From positions 1-54,854 of the forward strand of contig UYFQ01000285.1 of NCBI GenBank assembly GCA_900617105.1: 54,854 nt of DNA, read 5' to 3'. Below the pieces are notes generated by a model. It worked only from the letters and a program-made list of their open reading frames with translations, searched no databases and was not told where the DNA came from. Source of the DNA: Hydrurus foetidus. Its lineage: Eukaryota. Shown here one piece after another: positions 45,977-54,854 of this stretch. Each line of letters begins with the position of its first letter. The stretch's first letter is position 1. The translations under genes were made by a program, and so were the position numbers.

Positions 45977-47187
45977 TCAGATTTCGTCCTCTTCTTCCTC
46001 TACTTTGCCTTCTTTATCCTCCTCATCGTCAGAGTCCATCACGTCTCGCTCAGGAAAATCCCCAGTGGTAACGTTTTTCCCTCTAGCAAACGATCCGAAT
46101 CCTTCTTCGCAGTCAAATATCCTCACTCCCTTCACGGTGCCATCATTCATCCCTGAGGGCTCGTCAAGCCGGACACCAACCTAAAACCAAAAGTGCACGT
46201 TATACTCAGCTTCAGGTGAATGCTCATCATAATAAATAGCGAGATAGTGTCGTGAAATGGCAGCTAGGGGGGTTGAGTAGGCCGAGACATTGAAGACGTG
46301 AAAGCTGTTCTTGTCATCAACTTTAGTTACTGCTTCGATTGCAAAGCAGGAACTGAAGCTGATGACATCAAATAAATCGCCAGTCGCGCATGCTGGAGTT
46401 TGTGGTCACTTACCCAGTGCCCTGGTTTGATTTGCTCAATAACTCCTACGAACATCACCACTCCTCGCCTAGCGCCTGGCATGACTTGACACCTTGCTCC
46501 TACAGTGATTCCTTCCACAGACTCAGCACCCTACAGGTCAATAATTGCACAAGCGTTTTATTGCCGGATACAGTTAAATAACAACAAAAGCGATTTATTG
46601 TTGGAAGTCACTAATTGGGTACCGCGCGTGGTGCGCATGGACAATAATCTTACCGGAGGCAATTCTTCTTCGGCGTTAGGATCTTTGGGAGTCTTCACAA
46701 CTGAATTCGGCAATTTGAAGGAAGGATCCGCAGCACGTTTCTTCCTAATGAAATCTCTCATCGTCCCAGCTTTCTTATCATAAACTTCATCGGACATTCT
46801 GTACTTCTCTACTAAGGAGACATCTGTCAAACCCCCTCCACGGGAGAGGGAGAAAGGATCAGTATCAATGACATGAATCTCCATTCCAGATGTCACGCTG
46901 TAATAGCCTAACATTTTCGTATTATCTGACATTTCGCATATGAGTCTGCCCTGATCTTTCAGTATCAGACGCTGGTGGTCAACGTGTGTCCCTATATGAG
47001 TTCGGAACTTGTCTTTGACATCTGCTATCGTCAAATGCAAATCAAGACGGATATCAACGTGATCTGCTTGTAGATTTGAATGAGTCAGCAGAATCGCTAC
47101 GACACCATCAGGTAGCTGTGTGTACTGTAAATGATCGTTGGCTGTGATGTAGTCGCGGATGATCAATCTGTCAGATCGTGTAGCCAT
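45977..47187 (-). CDS. TBCB: Tubulin-folding cofactor B; exons 47187-46654, 46530-46414 and 46180-45977
   Basis: N-terminal ubiquitin-like domain (IHVIDTDP, VEKYRMSDEVYD), CAP-Gly domain (RRGVVMFVG, HW|VGVRLDEPSGMNDGTVKG), and DFPERD plus acidic tail; canonical GT-AG junctions. Confidence 0.93.
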
Positions 47188-50100
47188 AACTGGTGGAGAA
47201 AATGTTGCGCTTCTTCACAAATTGTCGACGAGCCGTAGTTTATTCTATGGTGGGGACACCAAGGCCGGGAGCAGAGTTGTCAATGCACTTCTGGAAGGTG
47301 TTATTTAAGAACAGTTGTGAATTCTCTTCTTCCCAGCAACAGCCGTCGCATGGGCTTTTGGCTCTCTTCCTTTTTGGTTTTTGGAGGTCTCGAACCCACA
47401 AACCCTCATTTGTCCCCCTCGGGGATTGGTGGTCTGTAATAATAAAAAGGACACATCTCGCAGAGAAACTGGGTAACGTTTACTTACAATCGGCTTCACT
47501 TGCGTATCACATTGTTCCAGCATGGAACAATGCCCAAATTACAATTTGTTAATTAACTAGTTTTGGAAGGGCATAACCCAAAACAAAGGTTAAACAATGT
47601 ATGAACAAAATGTGAAAGGAGGGAAGTGTGCCGAGTGAACTCCTCGTGAATGATTATGTCAGATTCTTACTGACTAACCTCCATAAAAAACTCAATAAAA
47701 GTTGAGGCAAAATTTTTAGGAGTAATCTTCATAGATATCGTTCATGGATTCTCAATTACAGAGGGGGCGCAAGACGGAACTCTCTTGGAATGACATTTAA
47801 CATGTTGTTTTCGCGCAGATACTTATGGAGTTGATCTGTAGAGCGCATGGACTTCCAAGGTTCCCATGAACTATGTGATGAATCATAGTTCAACCACTTG
47901 ACATAAAATTTCATTATGGATGGAGCTTTTTTATTTCCAATATGTGAAATAACTGCTTCAATGAAAAATTCCATGTAGTCACGACGAGCTGTTCCTGAGT
48001 CGGATTAAACTTAAAAAGTTTTAATTGACTAGCATGAACCTCACGTATTTTCTTCATGATAAGATTCTGAATAGTGTATTCACTTTTATCAAAGCGTATA
48101 ACTTTGAAAGGGCCAAGCCACTGACAGTGTACCCTAGTCTCTGTTCCCTTAGGGTTGAGAGCTAATACATAAGAATCAATTTAAAATACTAACTGAAACG
48201 GTTCAGTATTAACTGAAACGCGTCTCGCATCAGCAGTCATCAACTGGGTTCTAGCCGCAGTGTTGAGTTGTTGTTGTATAAGCAACATATTTGCTATAAA
48301 AGTCGACGCTCTAGTCGGTAGTAGATTTGGGTCAGGAAATCTAATCAAGATACCTCTATCCAGGTTTAATTGATTTCCGAACAGCAGACTAGCTGGTGAA
48401 GCTCCTGTACTAGAATGTACAGAACTGTTTATTATTCTCTGCACAAAAGGCAGGCAAAGCTTATAAGCATTAAGATTTGTTAAATCAAAAGTAAACGCAC
48501 GTAAGTGTCGATTAACCTCTTTATTAACTCTTTCCACAATGGCATTCTCTTGCTTGGAGTATGCCAGGGAAGATTGTGGGGGTACCCGTACGGAGTAAAA
48601 ATTCCCGTACGGTATCATTCATGAAATGAGATCCCTGGTCTGATCGGATCATGCTGGGTGCACCGAATCTTCCAAAGAATTGGAGTAAACATTCACATGC
48701 AGAATGTGCTGTATTATCAGCACACCAGTAAAGTTCAGTCCAACGAGTGAACGAGCAAATCATGACTAACACATATCCCCGTCGGGGTATGGACCTATGT
48801 AGTCAATGTTGACTGTATCAAACGGTCTATATGTAGACGTTGTGTATTTGTGAATGTGAACCGGGATTTTGATCACACTCATCTTTTGACAGCAAGCGCA
48901 GGTGCTGATAAAGTCCCTAACATGGGCTTCCATGTCGAGCCATTCTTCGTCTAAACTGGATAGTTTACTAACGGTACGAGCAATGCCACCATGTCCCACC
49001 ATGGAATTATGACACATTTCGATTGCCTCGAGTTGTAACTCGGCAACTGGTGCAAGTTCATGCAGAGCAGATAGATGAACTTGTAGTTCTCCCTCTTGAG
49101 TAGGTGGATGAAGAACAACTAATTGTTTTAAATTAGGACATAGTCTCGAAAGGGCATCGGCTATGAAGTTGTTTGTGCCAGAAACATAGTTTACTGCATA
49201 ATCAAGCTCTTGTAGAGCCATTGACCAACGGTTAACCATTGCAGATGGATCTGAATTGATGAAAATAAGATTCTTGTGATCAGTATGAATCATAAATTTC
49301 CTATCCCTGAGGAGAGAGTCCAATTGCTTGCAGCAATAGTAGATAGCATAAGCTTCTTTTGAATGGTTGACCATTTTACTTGTGTTGCGCTAAGCGACTT
49401 ACTCACAAATGAGATTGGATTTTTAACTGAATTCACGACTTGGAATAGTACTCCACCTATTCCATAATCGGATGCATCGGTAAACAGCTCGATGGGAGAC
49501 ACTTCATCTAAAAATGAAGAAGCGGGCAGCGGGATATTGCTTTTCTTATTGCAAAGAAAGACTTATCTGCCTGTTCGTTCCAGTCAATTTTAGATTTTTT
49601 ACGCCCTTTAGGGTCGATCATCTTTTGAAGTGGAGCGACTATGTCGGCATGAAATGGAACAAAGTTCCTGAAGTAGTTCGCCAAGCCCAATAAACTTCGT
49701 AAAGAAGTAAGGGTCATGGGTTTCGGGAAATTTAAAACCGTTTCTATCTTCTCTTTAGACATAGAAATGCCTTGGGAAGAGATTTGTCGACCGACATAAT
49801 CGATTTGGGTCATACCAAATCTACATTTCTTTGCTTTAAGCAGTAAACCAAAACAACGAAAACGTCGAAAGACTCGTTCTAGTCTCTCCAGGAACTCATC
49901 CTGACCTCGTGCAAAGACGATACAATCGTCTAAGTACATTTCACATGAAATGTAAATGAGTCCATTGAGGACTATAGTCGCCATCATCTCTTGGAAGTAA
50001 GAGGGGGCTCTCCGAGGACCGAAGGGGAGTCTGGTGAATTGGTATACACCATAATAGCAAATGAATGCAGTCAGGACCCTGGATGCATGATCCATAGGTG

Positions 50101-53100
50101 CCTGATGGTAGCCTGAAGTTAGATCCATAACTCCGAATATGTCTGGCTGTTGATGGCCGATTCGCTCGAAAAGAGCCCGAATGTTCGGCAGCGGCCAGCT
50201 GGCAGCCTCGGTGCATTTATTCAGATTTCGGTAGTCAATGCAAAATCTGTATAAATCAGCTGTTCTCTGTACTATGACAGGATGGCTATAATAAACCGCC
50301 GTCGATTCTTCAATGACTCCCGAGCGCAACATCTCATCGATGGCTCGTTTTATCTCACGTTCTTTTCGAACGGTTTGCAGACGCACGGCAGTCCTATTTC
50401 TAGGACTTTCCCATTCTCTCTTGTTGACTTTTATAACAAAGGGAGGAAGTCTAGCAGGTTTAGCTGCTAGTTTATCGCTAAATATGTCTGCGTATTTAAG
50501 ACAGAGTCGTCTAATAAGCAATTGTTGGTGTTCCGTCCCTTCAATTGTTATTTGTGACAAAAAGTCCTCTGGCCCTATAGGCGGAGCATTCTGCTTAATG
50601 TGATTAGGCAAGAATGGGAGAAAAGTATCGGTCTTCTCATTATCTATCTCGTCTGAAGAGATTACGATACCACTAGGTGTTTCCACTCTAGCGTCTGTTT
50701 TAGCACTGTCTGCCATTTCACATAAATGTGCTAGGGTGTACGTTCGGAGACGTAGATCACCACCATGAGTCGATACATGGTTACAACTGTCACACATAGT
50801 TTCAGCCCTAGAGGTGCTCGGTTGACTAGAGCATCCGACATCAAAACAGCGAGCTACTCTGTTAGAGTCTGTTTTGTGGAATGGCATGGTACTATGACCA
50901 GAATGAGGACGTGCCAATTCACCCTTCTCGCCCTCACGTATGGACGGAATGCCCTCCGCAGCTAATAAAACTTCCATTCTTTCGAATGAGTTTATCACAT
51001 TAGGCATCCCGATTTCAAAAAGGGTTAAAGTGAAGAAATCATAACTCCTAAGAGTTGGTCGACCCAAAATTAAATCGATGGTGTTAGGAATAATCCTTAC
51101 TGTTAAAAATATCGTTTTAATTAACAGAGTGTTTCTGACAAAAATCATGCCTATATCGATTACTTGGTCTCTAACATAACAAGTGTTATCGAGACCAGAA
51201 CATATAGTGAGTGGGTTATTAGATGTGTAAACAAAATCATCTCCGTGAATGTTATCTACAAAAGTCTGACTAATAAAGTCGCCGGGAGGCTCCCGGTATC
51301 CAGGAGAACCTTCGCCAGAACCCTTTGGGGCCTATGGCCTTGGGGGTAGTTGGTGGGGTACGTATGGGTTGTGACCCTGGCCCCATTCCTGACTCTGCTT
51401 AGCTGATTTACAAAAATCCAAGCAGACAAAAAATTAGAATCAATGTCTATTTTAGTCAGAGATGCTGCTAGGATAGCAGATTGGTGCAAAGGATTACCTT
51501 GTTTTTGTTTCTGCGGTTCTCCGCGTGTTGGGCATTTGTAGCGGGGTCGTGCGCCGGGGCTGCGTACCCTCGAAACGAGTTCGCTTGAACTGATTCTTGG
51601 GTGGGTATAGCATACCCACTTTGAATTCAGACTGAGGTCTGTTCAGGTGTTGGGTCTCGTACCCTGGGAGTTTGACTCCCGCATCATAGGCTTGGAACCC
51701 ATGGTGAAGCCACAGGTGACCCATCGTGGAGTCCTTCCATAGCAGATGGAGTTCATTGTTGGCGTCTGAAAAGAACAGAGCCGGACAGTCTCGGACCTCA
51801 TGTCCGGCATGTCCACACGAGCGACATGGTGGAGGTGGCGGTTGGGGCCGCATCTGGACCGGAGGGTCATTTGATGTTCTCCTTGCCAAGGGAGCGGTAG
51901 CTTGCATCGTTTGCATAGGTTGAGCAGGGGGAGGGAGAGGCAGTGCTGCTAGTGCTGATTTAGCATAGACAGCAGCAGAGAATGATCTCTGTTCAGGTAT
52001 GATCATCTGTTGTGCTTTTGGTACCTGGGTTACTCGCTCATCATAGCGGCTCTCTCTCGAAGAGTAAGAGTGTCTCCCAACGTACCGTAGTTAGCGACTT
52101 CTTTGAGAAGCTTACGTACGTGTCCGATGCACGTTCCAAAACGGATGAATGCAGACTCCCAGGTCTCATTCGCAATTGGTTTACCATTGTTACCCTTCGC
52201 CCTGAAATAATCGTTTTTTAGTTGACTATCAGGTTTGAGTTTTTTCTCAATCGTTACTATCAGTGCAGCATGCTGCTCTGGAGTGATTGTTTGGGTGTTC
52301 TCGTAAGTCGCTGTAAGCGACTTGAGCTTCATGAAAGTTTCCCTCTCGTAGGTCTCATTCGTGAAAGAAAAATTAATTTCAATTGACGCGAAGTTCTCTA
52401 CGAGGGTCCGACCCACATCATTTTTGTCGCCAAAATATTTGGTTATGATGGTCGCAGCCTGTTTGACTGTAACATGGTTATACCATGTGGAAAACTTATC
52501 TTTGGGGAGTGTAGTAAACTCTGGGTCGCTTGCAAAAGCGTATTGTATGACATAGGTCGCGGGGTCGACGACGACCTGGTGCGTAAAAAGTTGTCATGCC
52601 ATTGATTGGCTTGATTTTGAAACTTCGCAGCTTGTTCTCCCGTAATGTTCGGGGTATCAATGATAAACAGCGGTTTCTGGAGGTTTAATCCACCGGTAAT
52701 GCTCTGTTTAAAAGCACTTGCAACCTGCTCCATATTGTACTGAGGGCTTGGAACATCGACTACGATGGGAACGAGGGTTGACTGCCGCACGTTTTCGATA
52801 ATCGGGGCGACTGTACTTTCGCCAGCTTCGCCAGCGCCACGCATCGATGCCTGTTGACACAGTTCAGGTAAGGTCAAGGGCCTATCGGGGTTACTAGTGC
52901 TACTAGAGCTACTAGACGAGTTACTCGGGCTCGATTTACTCGGAGAGTTCTCGATATCACTCTCTTCAGAGTAATCGTAATTGTCTCGTGGTATTTCTCC
53001 ACCATCTTCCAAGTCAGGTAGCCCATGACGGTGTGAATTGGAAGGAACGGCGTCAATTTCCATTGACTCCTCTCCGGTCTCATACGGAGTCTCTGCTAAA

Positions 53101-54013
53101 TAATCAGCAGGTAAATTTGACATCAGCTCCAAATTTGAATTTGAGGGTTCTCGCTGTGTAAGCGGTATTGTTTGGTCTCTTTGCGGAACAGAAGCACGTC
53201 GCAAAGGCTGTATAGGTGATTTCTTCACCATGAATTGGGGGTATCTACGAGATAATTCGACTCGTGAAGTCGAAAATATATTCGGGTCTGTTTCGTATGG
53301 AAACAGCGATTCCGCCAACTCGTCAAGCGAGGATTCAAGCTCAGCGAGATGCACTCTCGGAATGTTTTTGCAACCAAGTAGATTGCTTGGGTTTGAGGTG
53401 GTTGGAATCACCACCGGGAACGTCGACGTATAAGTCGGTGCAGAAAGTGAATTAAAATCAGATGAAACAGACAAGAAATCGTGGGTTTCAAGCAAATTTT
53501 GCAAGGCTTCTGGGGAAACCTTGGTATACAGCGTAGCGAGCTCAAAAGAACTCGCTGAACAACTGGTCTAGGCTTAAAAGCCGATCTTCTATGCTGAAAA
53601 GCAGAAGCTACCGAGTTAACTCGGGGGTTGTGTTGGTGTGTGGAGTGAGAAGATTGGGGGTTAGAGGCGACTAGATGCGATGAACTCGCTACTGCTCGGC
53701 TAACTACTTGAGGAAAACCAACGGACGATGGATTTCTCGAAGTAGGAGTCGAGGGTACGATGGATTGCTGCGACGGAGAGTTGTCTGGCGGACGATTCGG
53801 GTCGTCGTCGGCCCAAGTATTCTCCGGAGTTGGGCAGCGATTCTCGATTTCCTCGCGGATAGCACGAAGTTCGGCCAGAAATAAACGATCACGAAGGAGT
53901 GGGACTTCTTGGAAGCCCTCCAGTGGAGCGATACGATGGTTTCTGGGCGGTGATGGATGAAATGGACGATGGCAACTACGAAAACGACGGTGGAAACTAC
54001 GATGGAATGGCTG

Positions 54014-54025
54014 AGTGACGTCACT
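54014..54025 (-). promoter_or_regulatory. 12-bp palindrome at the PBS position of gypsy C (AGTGACGTCACT)
   Basis: Perfect palindrome overlapping the last base of the putative LTR. Confidence 0.7.
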
Positions 54026-54212
54026 GTGGCCTAGAAGGGTCTAGGCTAGGATGGGGAAAGGTCTTGCTTAGGTTAGGTACGTTAGGAAAACAACTGGCAA
54101 ACGCTAGGAAACGTCCTATGCATGGCTAGAAGTCTACCTAGAAGTCTACGGAGTTTAGGTGTACCTAGAGACGGAATCGGGTCCAAGGTCCCTAGGACCC
54201 CAGACGGCTACA
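54025..54212 (-). repeat. Putative 5' LTR of gypsy C (188 bp)
   Basis: Minus strand reads TGTAGCCGTC...CTAGGCCACA; size and position match the family A LTR. There is no second copy to confirm the boundaries. Confidence 0.65.
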
Positions 54213-54854
54213 CCTCCCGGTAACTGAAGAGCTCATCTGATCCCCTGGCCCCGCTCTTGGTAAGAAACACTATGAGATCATCTAAGAATTGCGCCCCTTC
54301 CTCCGATCTACGGCTAATTAGCTTAGACTTTATTACTGCTTCCGCTTTGGAGCTGGCTCCTTGGGCTCTGCACTCGATCACCTGTCCAGGCACCTGATGC
54401 CCCTCGACCGTGCAGCGTAAATCGTCTGCTAGGCTCCTACCTAGACTACGCACAACACCGTTGGGTGTTTATCTGAAGGGCGTGAGATCATGTACCCTTA
54501 TGCAGTGGTCAGTTGCACCAGGCTTTTGCAGGGTAAACTTTGAAGATTCTTGCACTCTGATCGAAACCCCTCTCATTTGCCAAGTAGCTCATGCGGCTTT
54601 CCATGCCTATCCGACTCCAGCCTCTCCCTTTCGGGAGAGGTCCTCTCATGTCGTTAAGTAGACTCTCGCAAAGGCAACTTCACCGTAGTTGACGCCCCAC
54701 TATCCCTCCTGACAGCACCAACTCGGTGGGTTGCGTTTACACGAGTTGCGTGTCGTAGTGATTACACGGGAGTCAGAAGACCGTCGGCTGCAATTCCTGC
54801 GGAAAGCTGCATCCTTATTCCCGCGGCCACGGCCGTGGCTGCCATGGAGCGGAG
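54213..54854 (-). pseudogene. Degraded coding remnant, possibly a DIRS/Ngaro-like tyrosine recombinase
   Basis: Broken frames (DHCIRVHDLT; SSK...FLDDLIVFLTKSGARGSDELFSYR) loosely resemble a recombinase core; catalytic motifs are not visible. Confidence 0.25.

Larger units (their letters stand above)
47756..54212 (-). mobile_element. Decayed Ty3/gypsy chromodomain-bearing element C (related to A); 3' LTR not found
   Basis: Gag fragments with CRSCGHAGHEVRDC, LLDTGS, RT YLDD (49508-51148), RNase H FTDASDYGIGG, integrase (SDQGSHF, ERVN), chromodomain FYVKWLNY...SWEP, and a putative 5' LTR at 54025-54212. Confidence 0.92.

Noticed and set aside
47190..47750. 3' LTR of gypsy C
   Set aside because: No similarity to 54025-54212 was seen; the element appears truncated near the TBCB start.

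Overview
Eukaryotic genomic DNA with short GT-AG introns; a stramenopile-like protist is my inference from the host genes and transposon families. Three host genes are recognisable: ribosomal protein uS2/RPSA, a coiled-coil protein and tubulin-folding cofactor B. Most of the rest is transposable elements. About 36 kb (6291-42584) of nested elements sits between the divergent starts of RPSA and the coiled-coil gene. The nest holds an intron-bearing piggyBac, a 28.6-kb TIR-bounded shell, two PIF/Harbinger elements, two Ty3/gypsy elements, a Ty1/copia element, a TRIM, an intron-containing Crypton-type tyrosine recombinase, MITEs, LTR remnants, a long inverted repeat and a 109-bp tandem array. A second tyrosine recombinase, a MULE-like gene and a third gypsy element lie outside the nest. 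The most striking observation is that all three gypsy elements lack a tRNA primer-binding site. Each instead has a different perfect 12-bp palindrome in the same register, starting at the last base of the 5' LTR (AATAGCGCTATT, AAAAGTACTTTT, AGTGACGTCACT), which suggests a tRNA-independent, possibly dimer-based priming mechanism. The intact, young gypsy also has an IFDN RT motif, TG...TA LTR ends, a CCCH-finger Gag and an in-frame UAG followed by a stem-loop between gag and pol. Coordinates were read by eye and may be off by a few bases.
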